Shown: in pieces, positions 1-13,054 of the stretch | How the letters are laid out: the number at the start of each line of letters is the position of its first letter | Position numbering within the stretch: the stretch's first letter is position 1 | Origin: the human T2T-CHM13v2.0 reference genome, Homo sapiens | NCBI RefSeq assembly: GCF_009914755.1 | Contig: NC_060927.1 | Strand: one strand, 5' to 3' | Length of the DNA stretch: 64,000 bases | Position numbers and translations under genes: made by a program | Notes under the pieces: model-generated | Databases searched by the model: none | What the model was told of the DNA's origin: nothing | Seen by the model: only the letters and a program-made list of their open reading frames with translations

Positions 1-114
1 GCATCATTAGCATAGATGGAGGTGTATGTGATGAAAACATGTAGGAAATCCAGGCATCTGCTCAACCTCAACTGATTGTAACTCTGTGAGATTAAAAGGT
101 GGTTGGAGATCAGG

Positions 115-340
115 AGAGTATGGTGGTTAGAACGTTGGGGTAAGATCAGATTGAACACTAATTTCATCCTTTACTGACTGCTGAATATGAACAACTATTT
201 AACTTCCCTGAGTTCCAATTTCTTCATTGTAAAATGAGATTACTTTTCCATCAACTGTTATTCTGTGTGAGGAATTAATTAAATGTAATTATACAGCATT
301 TAGCCCGGTGCCTGGCACACAGGAAGCACATATTAAATAA
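115..340 (+). mobile_element. MIR SINE (diverged)
   Basis: MIR core 'tttaacttccctgagttccaatttcttcattgtaaaatgag' and 3' part 'gcatttagcccggtgcctggcacacaggaagcac'; boundaries approximate. Confidence 0.8.
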
Positions 341-2320
341 TTTTTTTAAACATTGAAAAAGCCTTTTATCACTATGACAAGAGATGATCAACAATTTAGG
401 AATATCCATAGAATGTGTAAATACCATTGCTATATGTTATATGTATATAAATTAATACAGAAACAGCACATATTTATTTCTTTAAGGAATTTATTAAACA
501 GGCAAAAATTATTCAACATTCTAGAAAACAACCTTGATGTAACCTTATCCTCAAACACCTACTTAAAAAATAAATTGAGAATATTCATTTGGTAGGATAT
601 TGCTGATTGGTATAAAAAGGAAAAAAATTGTGGTCCAACTAGGTAAAATAAAGTTAAAATGTTTTCTTTACTAAATGACTTATTGCAGTGTTTAAGAAAA
701 ACATAAAGTATACAGTGTTTCACAAATTTATTTCACCATGGAATGTTTTCATTGTAGGATATTTCATGTCATTTTTGTTGCCTAATACTTTGGAAAATTA
801 TGTCTTAGACATTTAGTGCTATCCAGCTTCCTTGCTTTCAAAAAATTGAACTAGAATTAGTTTGGCACTGAGCTAGGCTTCATAAATGTTTCATTTTATC
901 CAATGAATGTACAGCATTTGACAGCACAAAAGTTAAACCACCATAGAAAAGAGAAATACTTCATTCTCATTATTTGTTTTATAATTCTTTTTCATATGGT
1001 GTCAGTGTTATCCATTCAATTAAATTTATAATTTTCATGCTCTTCATTTTGAATCCTAATTTAGAAAAAATAAAAAGAGTAAAATAATAAAATGTATTTT
1101 TATTGGTTCTCATTCCAATTTCTGAAACAATATATAGTTAGCAATTTAAAAATTAATTATCCTCCATATATTTGCCTATAGATTTAGTCATTCTAAAATT
1201 TAGAAATTAGACAAAGTTTATCTTTCCTCTACAGTAATCCTAGTAAATGTTATGCATTACCGTAATCCTATAAGGAGATTTAAAATTCCTGTACTTTTAT
1301 TGACCAGTTCTACTTTTCATGCACATTCCTTTCAGGGGAAGGGAAAAATAAGGAAAGAAAACACATAGCAAGCATATAGACAGGAATGATCTAATTCTAA
1401 TATGCCAGTGTCCACGTTGACTCATCAATTCATTAAGCAAATGAATATTAGTTTTTATTTGTCTGCATGTCATGTCTGGCTGTGGTGTACACTATACCAA
1501 TTCTATTTTGGATTGATTGCTGACAGAGAAATCATTCATTATGCATGTGAGGAATGAAGTCCCAGAGACATAATTTTTTCAGCTTGACTCTATGAATACA
1601 CAAAAAGGCTGGTGTTTCTTTGTGTTGATAATAAGACAATACATGTCTCATTAGCATGTTTAGACTACATACAAGTTATAAGTATTTGTAGCATATTGAT
1701 AGTTATCAATGCCTTCTTTGAGGTTTGGTTATGAGAAAATGTGATATTCAGTAAATGGACTAGTACCTAACAGCAGGTGTTCCAATCTTGCCAATTGCAA
1801 TACCATAATTTATTCACTATTAATCTGTTGCTGGATGAATGTTGCAACTGCAAAGATAAAACTCCCATTAAACCAGGAGGAGTTATGTAGTTACATTGAT
1901 TTTGATAAATTCAGGTAGAAATTTAATGACATTCCATTGTTTTGTTCAATTTTTATTGTTCTAATTATATCATCAATCATAGTTCATTCCAGTTGCATAT
2001 GTTATTGAATTATAACCACTGTTCTAAAGCTCAGGTTTCTCAAACTGACTAATGCAATTAACAAATTGAGGGAACAAGGCAGCAAAGATGAGATCAAAGT
2101 ACCAGCAGGTACTTTACGTCAGTGACTCAGACCTTGGACCAGGTTTCCGGAGACTGTATCTTTAAGACGGTGGTCAGATTCCATAGTTGCCAGTTGGCAT
2201 ATGAATCACATGATGGAGTACTATTAAGTACACATCAAGTAAAGTGCATTTACATACAGCTTTTTAAAGTTTGTAATTTGGCTGAGTTTTTACATAATCT
2301 TGACCAATTTGAATAGCCTT

Positions 2321-4588
2321 TGTTTTAGTCCATTTTCATGTTGCTGGTAAAGACGTACCCAAGACTGGGAAGAAAAAGAGGTTTAATTGGACTTACAATT
2401 CCACATGGCTGGGAAGGCCTCAAAATCATGGTGGGAGGCGAAAAGCACTTCTTACATGGTGGCAGCAAGAGAAAATGAGAAAGAAGCAAAGGCAGAAACC
2501 CGTGATAAACCCATCAGAGCTCGTGAGACTTACTCACTATCACAAAAATAGCAGGGGGAAGACTGGCCCCCATGATTCAATTACCTCCTTGTGGGTTCCT
2601 CCCATAACATGTGAGAATTCTGGGACATACAATTCAAGATGAGATTTGGTGGAGACACAGCCAAACCATATCATTCTGTCCCTGGCCCATCCAAATCTCA
2701 TGTCCTCATATTTCAAAACCAACCATGCCTTCCTAGTAGTCCCCCAAAGTCTTAACTAATTTCACCATTAACTCAAAAGTCCACAGTCCAAAGTCTCATC
2801 TGAGACAAGTCAAGTCCCTTCTGCCTATGAGCCTGTAAAATCAGAAGCAAGCAAGTTACTTAAACAATGGAGGTACAGATATTGGGTAAATACAGCCATT
2901 CCAAATGAGAGAAATTGGCCAAAACAAAGGGGCTGCAAGGCCCACGCAAGTCCGAAATCCAGCGGTGCAGTCAAACTTTAAAGCTCCAAAAGGATCTCTT
3001 TTGACTCCAGGTCTCACATCGAGGTTATGCTAATGCAAGAGGTGGGTTCCAAAGGTCTTAGGCAGCTCCGCCCCTGTGGCTTTGCAGGGTGCAGCCTCCC
3101 TCCCTGCTGCTTTCATGGACTGACATCGAGTGTCTGCAGCTTTTCCAGGTGCACGGTGCAAGCTGTTGGTGGATCTGCCATTCTGAGGATGATGTACCTC
3201 TTCTCACAGCTCCACTAGGCAGTGCCCCTGTAGAGACCGTGTGGGGGCTCGACCCCACATTTCCCTTCCACACTGTGCTAGCTGAGGTTCTCCATGAGGG
3301 CCCTGCCCGTGCAGAAACCTTTTGCCTGGGCATCCAGGCATTTCCATACATGTTCTGAAATCTAGGCGGAGGTTCCCAAGCCTCAATTGTTGACTTCTGT
3401 GCACCCTGAGGCTCAACACCACATGGAAGTTGCCAAGGCTTGGGGCTTCCACTCTCTGAAGCCACAGCCCAAGCTGTACCTTGGCCCCTTTCAGCCATGG
3501 TTGGTTGGGGCGACTGGGACACAGGGTACCAAGTCTCTCAGCTGCACACAGCATGGGAACCCTGGACCTGGCCCACGAAATCACTTTTTCTTCCTGGGCC
3601 TCCGGGCCTGTGATGGGAGGGGCTTCTCTCCATGTCTCTGACATGGCCTGGAGATATTTTCACCATGGTCTTGAGGATTAACATTAGGCTCCTTGCTACT
3701 TATGCAAAGTTCTGCAGCCAGCTTGAATTTCTCAGAAGAAAATGAGTTTTTCTTTTCTATCACATAGTCAGGCTACACATTTTCCAAACTTTTATGCTTA
3801 CTTTCCTTATAAAACTGAATGCCTTTGACAGCACCCAAGTCACCTCTTGAATGCTTTGCTGCTTAGAAATTTCTTCCTCCAGATACTCTAAATCATCTCT
3901 CTCAAGTTCCAAGTTCCACAATCTGTAGGGCACGGGCAAAATGCTGCCAGTCTCTTTGCTAAAACATAACAAGAGTCACCTTTACTCCAGCTCCCAAGTT
4001 CCTCATCTCCATATGAGACAGCCTCAGCCTGGACCTTATTGTCCATATCCCTATCAGCATTTTGGGCAAAGCCATTCAACATGTCTCTAGGAAATTCGAA
4101 ACTTTCCCACATTTTCCTGTCTTCTTCTTAGCCCTGCAAACTGTTCCAACCTCTGCCTGTTACCCAGTTCCAAAGTTGCTTCCATATTTTTGGGTATCTT
4201 TTCAGCAAGACCCCACTCTACTGATACCAATTTACCGTATTATTCTGTTTTCACGCTGCTGATAAAGACATATCCAAGACTGAGAAGAAAAAGGAGGTTT
4301 AATTCGACTTACAGTTCCACATGGCTGGGTGGCCTCAGAATCATGATAGGAGGGAAAAGGCACTTCTTACATGGCTGAGGCAAGAGAAAATGAGGAAGAA
4401 GCAAAAGCGGAAACCCCTAGTAGACCCATCAGATCTCATGAGACTTATTCACTATCATGAAAATAGCATGGGAAAGACCAGCCCCCATGATTGAATTACC
4501 TCCCCCTGGATCCCTCTCACAGCATGTGGGAATTCTGGGAGATACAATTCAAGTTTAGGTTTGGGGGAGACACAGCCAAACCATATCA
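2321..4588 (-). mobile_element. Complete THE1A MaLR element: 3' LTR 2321-2673, internal 2674-4235, 5' LTR 4236-4588
   Basis: Two ~353-bp direct repeats ending 'ccaaaccatatca' (TGATATGGTTTGG on minus); internal part begins GTAAATTGGTA on minus; 5-bp TSD gcctt (2316-2320) / ggctt (4589-4593); broken MaLR ORF pieces in ORF track (e.g. 3888-4112). Confidence 0.95.
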
Positions 4589-4885
4589 GGCTTCTTCAAA
4601 TAGGGCTGGTGCTGTATACATCATCTGTGAGATAAATACAATGTACCCTGTGTTAGAGCTCAAAATGTATAAATATTCCTGAATTTATATCTGGCTTTGT
4701 TATTTGTTTACATGCATTAAAACACTTTCCTTTTGGCTCACTCCGCTTCGTTTGTTTGTGAGTTTGATTTGGGACTCTTCTTTTCAGACATATTTGGTTG
4801 TGATATAATATGGAGACTAGAGTTATAAAGAAATATACCTCTCAATGCAATGTGGGTAAAATTTGAATTATTTTCCATATCCTAG

Positions 4886-4920
4886 TGATATATATACATA
4901 TATAGCGAGAGAGAGAGAGA
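4886..4920. repeat. (TA)n/(GA)n compound microsatellite
   Basis: gatatatatacatatatagcgagagagagagaga. Confidence 0.85.
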
Positions 4921-5459
4921 AAGATCTAGATGCAGATGCAGACTTATAAAATTTCAACGGTGTAACATTCATTAGAAAGATGAGTGGCAAAAAGAATTTA
5001 TTAAAATACATCTACCTGCAAATCTATGTTTCTTTCTATTCATGTATCAAAGAGTTATTTAAAAGTACCTTTTTTATATGAAACCCTTTGGAGGCAGTAG
5101 TATAGTTTCTTACATCTTTTTTCTTTAGGCATTATAGTAACTACTATAGACTTTATTCAGCCTCAATGTTCATATTGCATTGCGTGGTATAGCAAATAGC
5201 TACTAGTAGTAAATGGCTTTGTTACTAAATGCCATTGGTATGAAGTCGTGAATTGGTCCTAAATTTTCTATAAAAGTTCATTAATGTAATAAGACATATA
5301 CTCCACTGATCTTTAAGAGCAGCTATAAATTGCCAACATTATTGGAATTCATCTTGTGGTTAATAAATAAAAGATAACTAATAAAAGGTAATAAAAACAT
5401 CATCATGTTCCCATCACATAGTTTTATTTTGAAGGCCTTTTTATCATTCATTTCTATAA

Positions 5460-5545
5460 AAGGATCACTTAAGTTCAGTTTCCTCATCTATAATATGACA
5501 AAAATAATAACTTCTCCAAATGTGTGGTTTAACAAATGAACCAAC
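5460..5545 (+). mobile_element. MIR core fragment
   Basis: 'cacttaagttcagtttcctcatctataatatg' resembles the MIR core. Confidence 0.6.
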
Positions 5546-6039
5546 AAAAACCAAGAGAGCGTGTCAAGCCATTTTGTCATCCAAAGAGAAGTATATGAAT
5601 GTAAGAATATTACTATTAAAAAGAAGAAAGCTTAGAAAAGATATCTTTATTTTTTTCTTAACACAAAGAAAAATGTTCTCTAATTATCCTCCATTTCTGG
5701 GGCCTTATGTTTATGCTTATTTGTTCTTGTGACAGTGTTTTATAAAGAGTATTTACATTTATAAAAAGAAACTGAGCACAAAGATGCACTTTGTGCCAAA
5801 AATATAATGGATAATTTACCCCAAGATTTAACTTACCAAAACTTAGCAGAAAAAAAAATAGGAAACCTGAAAAATCCCATAAATAGTGAAATATTAGAAA
5901 ACATATCAAGGTAAGCCATTATATTAACATACTCAAAAGAAAAAGAAGCATGATCATTTCAAAATAACAGGAAACCTATAAGTGTGCAGTAAATATTCTT
6001 TGTAAATGGAGGCTGGGCATGGTGACTCACTTTGAATGG

Positions 6040-6476
6040 ATAGAATATAGACAAGTGGTGCTTTGTGGCTGCTAAGGGTAAGTCGTAAAATGAATAGCTT
6101 TACCTCTGGCTCTCTTGCTCTCTTGGTTGCATACAATGGGACAAACCAGCTGACATGTTGTAAGGACATTCAAGCAACCAGGAGAAAATTACCTTTGTGG
6201 ATAGGAATTGAGGCTCTCCACCAACAAGGAACACCAACTTGCCAGCCACGTGAGTGAGCCACGTTGAAAGCAAATCCTCTAGTCCAATTAAGCCTGCAGA
6301 TGACAACAGCTCCAGCCAGTTTCTTGACTTCATAAGAGACTCTGAGCTAAAACTGCATAGCTAATCCACTATAGAGTTTCTGACCTGCGCAATATGTGAG
6401 AGAGAATACATGTTTACTGTTGTTTTAAATCATTAAATTCTGGAATAATGTGTGATGCAGCTGTAGATATCTAAGA
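6040..6476 (+). mobile_element. MLT1 (F/G/H-type) MaLR LTR
   Basis: 'ccagccacgtgagtgagccacgttgaaagcaaatcctctagtccaattaagcctgcagatgac' and MLT1-type 3' end 'tgtgatgcagctgtagatatctaa'. Confidence 0.8.
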
Positions 6477-6618
6477 AAAATACCAAGACATGTTAATCCC
6501 TAGTGATTAAGACTGTGATAGCTGTCGATTACTAAATAAATAGAACTATGGAAAAGAATAGACAATACAGAAACAAAGCCATGCATCGATAAAATCTTAA
6601 TATAAGTCAGAATACCAC

Positions 6619-7023
6619 TGTATTAGGCCATTCTTGCATTGCTATAAAGAAATACCTGAGACTGGGTAATTTATAAAGAAAAGAGGTTTAACTGGCTCAC
6701 AGTTATGCCAGCTTTAAAAGAAGCATGGTGCTGGCATCTTCTGGGCTTCCAGGGAGGCCTCAGGAAACTTATAATCATGGCAGAAGGTAAAAGGGGAGCA
6801 GGCATGTCACATGGCCTGAGTGGAGCAAGGCTGGGGTTGTAGGGGAGGTGTCGCATACTTTTAAACAGTCAGATCTCACAAGATCTCACTATCATGAAGA
6901 CAGCACCAAAACATGAGGGGTCCTCCCCTGTGATCCAAACATCTCCCACCAGGCTCTGCCTCCAGCACTGGGGTTACAATTCAACACGAGATTTGGGCAG
7001 GGACAAATATCTAGTCTATATCA
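6619..7023 (-). mobile_element. MSTA-type solo LTR
   Basis: Starts tgtattaggccattcttgcattgctataaagaaatacctgagactggg, ends ctatatca; perfect 5-bp TSD ACCAC (6614-6618 / 7024-7028). Confidence 0.93.
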
Positions 7024-8174
7024 ACCACTATTGTAGAACAATAATAAGAGTATTAGGAAAATTATGATGAAAATATAGAGAAAATTACTGTATCACACAA
7101 TGCTTAAAAGTAATATCTATGTGGCTTAAAGATTTAAAGGTAAAAAATGAAGCTTTAAACCTTTAGAATAAAGCAAGAAAATATCTTTATGACTTTGGGA
7201 TAAAGAAGGAATTCTTAAGCAAGATGATATTTCTAAAAGTGTTATTTAATTGAGCTTCATCTGAAAATATTTCAGAACAATTTCTTTACAAATTCTTCAA
7301 AGCTCTTGGTAAGCAATGAAATGTATCACCTATACTTTGAAAAACAACTTAGACCTAAGTAAATGAAAATTTTTAAAGTAAATAAATTAATATTGTTGCC
7401 CCAAATCCTAAGCCCATCCTTTTTAAATATTTTTCTTTTTGTGCCCTGTGGTACATTTGTGCCATCCTTAGTTGCTTAGAAGCCTTTTTATTTAAAAGTA
7501 ACAATAGAGAAATAGAGAGAATAAGAGCAAAAACTTTAACGTAAGCATAACGTAAGCATAAAAGGACCAGATTAAGTCCCTTCAGCTTTTTCAGTTCTTT
7601 ATCTAATCCTCTTTCCTCCTCCATCCCCACCAACAACAACCTCAATCACATCTAAACTCCTGAGTACACACATCATCTCTGCCATTTTTTATGTCTATAT
7701 GTGACTCAAATAGCTCTTTTTTGCTTTTCTCAGCCTGGCTGAATCCACTTGGAATTTTCAAAAGTGATTTATCAAAGACTATTAGGAGAAATAAGTAGAT
7801 AAGTACAATGCAAAAGCATAATAATAAATATTTGCCAAATGTCGATTTTTCATTCTAACATGATAAAATTGTACATTCAGGTGTAAGTCTTCAGGCTTAC
7901 TCACCGAGCTCTTTCCCCTCAATTTCTAATTTGAATTTTCACAGTTTAGAGCAGAAACATTCGAGCGATTTTTTGATATGTTACATTATATGAAAACTCA
8001 GTACATATACACACACACACATACATGCAGGTATATGGACGTGTATATGACTAAAACAGATTATTCACAAAATAATGTTGTGCCATTACCATCAGTGATG
8101 CATTTCTTTAATGTTAGTTATTACTTACTAAATGTATTTTATGGTGCAATTATAGATTACAAAGATCAGCAATT

Positions 8175-8238
8175 TGTAACTAACCTGCACAATGTGCACA
8201 TGTACCCTAAAACTTAAAGTATTAAAAAAAAAAAAAAA
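8175..8238 (+). mobile_element. Very short young L1 (L1HS/L1PA2-like) 3' end plus poly(A)
   Basis: tgtaactaacctgcacaatgtgcacatgtaccctaaaacttaaagtat followed by an A-run. Confidence 0.9.
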
Positions 8239-8559
8239 GAATAAGATACACTATAAAGGAAAATACCAGAATGCATCACAGGGAGTAAGAGGAAATATAG
8301 CTTGTTTATTTCAGCTGGACTTTATGCATGAATGTATGTAAGAATGTATAAAAGTGCTATGTATTCACACTACAGTGTGATGTAAACTATGTGAATTACT
8401 GTCGGTCATTGTCAGAAGAGTTTGTAAGTCACTGGTTAAATTTTCTTCTGAAGAAAGCCCTTTTTCTTCTTTGAATCAGTTTTTGGCAATTCTTTATAGT
8501 GCTACCCTTTGTCCCTCTTTGGGCAAATTTTACACTGCCTAGCTTAAGTAAATTGGCTG

Positions 8560-9510
8560 ATTCATGGTTGTTTACAGCCCTAGCATCCACAGGCCCAGTC
8601 TGAACAGTGTGTAGGTCCACTCACTTTGCCCATCACCGCATTACATGGTTGTACTCCACTTATGACAGCAGGGAAGTGGAGGCTGTGGCCAGGAATCTCC
8701 TACCGTGGGAATAGCATGGCCTATATCCAAGGCTGCTCCCGCTGGGAAAACAGTGAAAGCACCTGAGGCTCAATGGCACAGGCAGGATCGAGTAGTATGG
8801 GGTGACCTACGATTTAGGGAGGACACTGTGCACCCCGGGCCACTCACACATGCTTTCATCCTTTCATGGTATTTGAATCTTGTATGAGGTCAAGGTACCC
8901 TAACTTCTTCCCTAGAAAGAGAGGTCGATTTCAACCCTTAAAGATAGCAGTCACTTGCATTCTCCTAACAAATCTTAGAAAGTGTTTGGGAAAAAAAAAC
9001 AAAGTAAAATAAAAAAAACTATAATTTTCATGCTGCAGCTAATCCTAGGTTCACAATTGACATTCCTCATCTGTCACCTCCATCTTCCATTCCAGATTTT
9101 TTGAGTACTCTACTGGCAGTTCTGGTCCCCCGGGTCTCACTTTTGGGGAAATTAGGGCATTAATACTCCAAACCTTTTTTCTCAGGAAATTTGAGCCCTT
9201 AGTTGTCTTTTTATTTATGGGCTGTGGTTTCTGACTGGCTCATTTATAGTTACCACCTGGTACAAGAGCACTAAGAGTTGCCCCAGTGCCTAATCTAGGT
9301 CCTAGACACACTCCTCCGCGCATCCATCAGGACAGCCATAGATCCTCAGGGTTATCTATTGCCACCTGCAACATAGTAACTCTTTTCTTTGCCTGCAGAT
9401 CCACTGGCATGAAAAACACAAAGTAGCTCACTGGTAGTTGCAATTTCGAGCTCAACAGAAAGTCTTTGCCATGTCCCACAGAGCAAACAACCCCTCAAGT
9501 AAGGGCCTGT
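8560..9510 (-). mobile_element. Ancient ERVL-class internal remnant (HERV16/ERV3-16A3-like) including dUTPase-like region
   Basis: Minus strand 9446->9342 translates KLQLPVSYFVFFMPVDLQAKKRVTMLQVAIDNPED, matching the ERV-L dUTPase segment KLRLPPGHFGLLLPLSQQAKKGVTVLAGVIDPDY as I recall it; collinear similarity continues to ~9020; left boundary uncertain. Confidence 0.75.
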
Positions 9511-10529
9511 TCAACTTAACTCTGCTAGTTAAGTCACCTAAAATCATAGCTGTTTGTTAATCCTTTAACAGTAATTAAATGGATCAGAAGGTGTGATTGG
9601 AAGAGGTGAGAAGAGAGACAGAGGAGGAGAGAAGGAGAATAATAGGAGTTGGAAAGAGAAATAGGCATTGACAGAAGTGGGAAGGGGCCTTGTTCTCCTT
9701 TCAAACGCATTTCACAGTCTGGTGCCTCTCACTGTCCTAATCTAGTTATGAAGTATAGATTCAGATTTGTGATTGTCCTAAGTTGTAGTAGAAAGACTTC
9801 CTAAGGAAAGGCTGAAAGATTTTGGCATACAAATTTTCTTTCATATCTACAGGTTACTGATGTCATTAAATGATGATTGGACGAATAGTATGTAGAGACT
9901 GAGAAGCACTGGAAAGGCAACACCTCTACTCCCAAGACATACAATTGATGTGAAAACGTTTCCCAGGTTTTTTATCTTAAGCACATTCTAAGGTACAGAA
10001 CAAAACCCCTTCAAGGTTTAGTCCCACACTGCCAAATCCATGGACCTAGCTTCCTTCGTCTTTTCTTTCTCCTAATCCTACCCCTAAGGATCACACCAAA
10101 CCACTCTCTCTCTAGGAACTCCTCTCAATATATACTCAATAAAACCCCAGAGTCAGTTTCTTTCCACCTCAGTAGGGCTCAATGGTGTATTAGACTAATC
10201 TCAAAAAAAAAATAAAAGAGACTTGGACTTAAGAATTTAAAATAACAATAATATAAACTCCTTTACCCTTTCTCTACTGGAAACTAAATAACCAAAATAT
10301 AAAAAACTAATTTCTCCCTGGAAATGAGGGAAAATTTAGTTTTCAAGAATTTTAGTTTCAAGTTTTCAAGATTAAATGGATATTGTAGTTTAATTAAGGA
10401 ATGATGTACACATTCCCATATACACAAATCCTTATGTTCATCAAATCCTTTAGGCCTTTTGAAATATTATTCCTCAGTATCTTATGACTCTCCTAGATAA
10501 ACCATTTCTTCCATTCATCTCTATACAAT

Positions 10530-10740
10530 ACCAAGTATTATCTTCCTTACAATCTTTATGAGTGTCTGTAATTTTATTCATTCATTTATTCATGTATTTG
10601 TTTCTAATCTTTTTCAAAAAGAAAAGAAACTCATCAAGGGAAGGTATTCTATTGGTTTGGTAAACAAGTACATGAATTCCTAATGCCTAGATTAATGTTT
10701 GGCACACAGAATAACTCAAGAAATATTTACTACATGAATC
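10530..10740 (+). mobile_element. L2 3' end fragment
   Basis: 'cctaatgcctagattaatgtttggcacacagaataactcaagaaatatttactacatgaat' is an L2-type tail. Confidence 0.65.
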
Positions 10741-11618
10741 ATAATTTTTATATTTTTGTTGAGGCGTAAGAACAAAGTGTATTGAAGATAGAAGACATCT
10801 ACAGGAACTGGTTTCCCTTTTTATTAGGTTCTATCCAGATATCTTAAGATATGTTTCTACTGGGAGGATTCATGTTAGTCAAAAGTATATGTGAATGCAT
10901 ATACATGTATCATGAGTTATGTTAAAACGTACATTTCACATTTTATTATTTGACCAATTATAGAAGAAATATTGTAAATATGAAAAAATAGTGGGTAATA
11001 AAAATAGTTTATACTAAAGTTTGAAATCAATTGGGATCTGGGATAAGGCATTTTATACCCACCCATCCCATAAGCCATTGTATTTTGCTTTTATGAGATT
11101 TTTGATTTATTACTGAAGCACTGGATGATTAATTCAGAAAAATGATGGATGATAAGAAGAAATTATTTGAAATTATAAAATTGCAGCAGATCATTCACAG
11201 TGGATAATCTACATGTAGATAATTGAGAGTTGGCTGAAGATAGATGTTTCTAATTTTGATGGTGTCTTTCAGAAAATAACACTCCTGATATTCGTCAGGT
11301 TGAAGAACCACCATTTTAATATAATTTCTGTATGCTATCATATTTTTCCAGTCTATTTCACAGGAGAAGTGTCCATTGTTCTAAAGATATATTGTTTGAA
11401 TGGCTTGATGTTAACTTTCAAATATTATGAAGACCACTGCCTAAGGGAGATTGAAATCAAGGCATTTTAATTACTCTTACTTGGTACATAAGCTAAGTGA
11501 GGAGCTTTTAGTTTGATAAGCAAAGACAAAAAAACACTGGCCCTTTTTTCCTACCATACATTTTCTCCTTTTGATCTCTGTGCTCCTCACTCCAGTTAAA
11601 ATATCCTGGATAAAATAT

Positions 11619-11620
<2 letters not shown>

Positions 11621-11650
<30 letters not shown>
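11621..11650. repeat. (GT)15 microsatellite
   Basis: Directly visible. Confidence 0.98.
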
Positions 11651-11654
<4 letters not shown>

Positions 11655-13054
11655 AAAATTGTCTAAAACATATATACAATATATACTTCATGTATAAAAT
11701 GTACATAATTTTTTAAATTCTTGCAACAAAGTACCTATATTGCATGCCCAATAATGATTCTGAACCATGAATAGCTCTTAGAACACCAAACTGTATACCT
11801 ACATATGATATCACTCATCTTTATCTTAGCATGGTAGAAAAATATATTCTGAATAAGCATTTATAATATTAATTCATTTGTTGTCAGGAAGAATTATTAA
11901 TACCTGGGCTTCATAATTTCTATTGTTTTCTTTTATACATTAAATTAATCATTAATTTAAGCCTTGGGATCACCTACATCGATCTTACTGTGTTTCATGC
12001 CACTTTCAAAATAAAGTATTTTAACATTCAGAAAGTACAAGCTTTTAGCAAGATCAAGCATACTATTCTTTTTTTATTCAGTAGAAAATTGATATGCAAT
12101 GCTCTATTTTTTTGCTCCATGGAAATGTTTTAAAGAGGAGAAATAATATGAATGTATGATGGTGTACAATGAAACACTTGTTGCTCATAAATATCTGATA
12201 ATCAATATTTTTATTTATATTCCTTACGATTTTTTCATATAAGCTTCTAGAGACTATTTTTTGTTGACCCATCATTTCCTATCAGAAAGCTCTGGCTAGC
12301 TTTCAGCATGTTTCATTTTGAGAATGTGTGTCTTAGATACATAGGTTATATTGCCAACACTGAATTTTGTACATTCAGAACATCAGGGACCCTCTGTGAC
12401 ATCTAATCTTTAGATATATAGGACCTTTCTCATTGCTCCATCAGCCACTAAATTCATAGTATTGCACTCCTATCATGATTCACGATCATGAAATAAAATT
12501 TGCTTTAACACTAAGCTTTATGTATGTACAGATACAAATTTGTTTCTGTTTAGAAAACAAGCATCATGCTGACATGTCATGATGACATTTTAATAGATAA
12601 AATGGTAGGACAGTTATAAACTATTAATAGTTTCAAGACAGCTGAAAAACAATATACTACACCATGTAATTGTGTTCAATAAAAAGGACCAAAATGAGGA
12701 AATATATTTTATATGTTCATGTTTAGTGATATATAAATATCAAGAAAAAACTTGTGTTAGATGTCTAAATCCTACCAACTCTTTTTAACCAAGCCATTGG
12801 ATGGCAGATAAAAATGAAGAGACACTAGACTTGTCCTTTATTTTTGAAAATAATAATGCAGCCATTTTTTATTTCTAATTATAAGACAACCAAAGGTGAT
12901 TATTATTTTAAAAAACTCATGGTTACTGTATAAAGCGTGTTTCTTATAGAAAAGCTAAGAAAACAAGATTTAGGTATCCAAAAATTATGCCAGTATTTCC
13001 ATGTTTCTATCATTTAAATAACATGTGAAGTAATAAAATACACATGTTTAGAAA

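Larger units (their letters stand above)
5800..7260 (+). mobile_element. Old L1M ORF2-region fragments interrupted by two MaLR LTRs
   Basis: A-rich L1-like segments, e.g. 'ggcttaaagatttaaaggtaaaaaatgaagctttaaacctttagaataaag...atatctttatgactttggg' (7105-7200) and 6480-6618. Confidence 0.6.

Noticed and set aside
3027-4262. Cluster of overlapping ORFs
   Set aside because: Frameshifted remnants and antisense frames of the THE1A internal region
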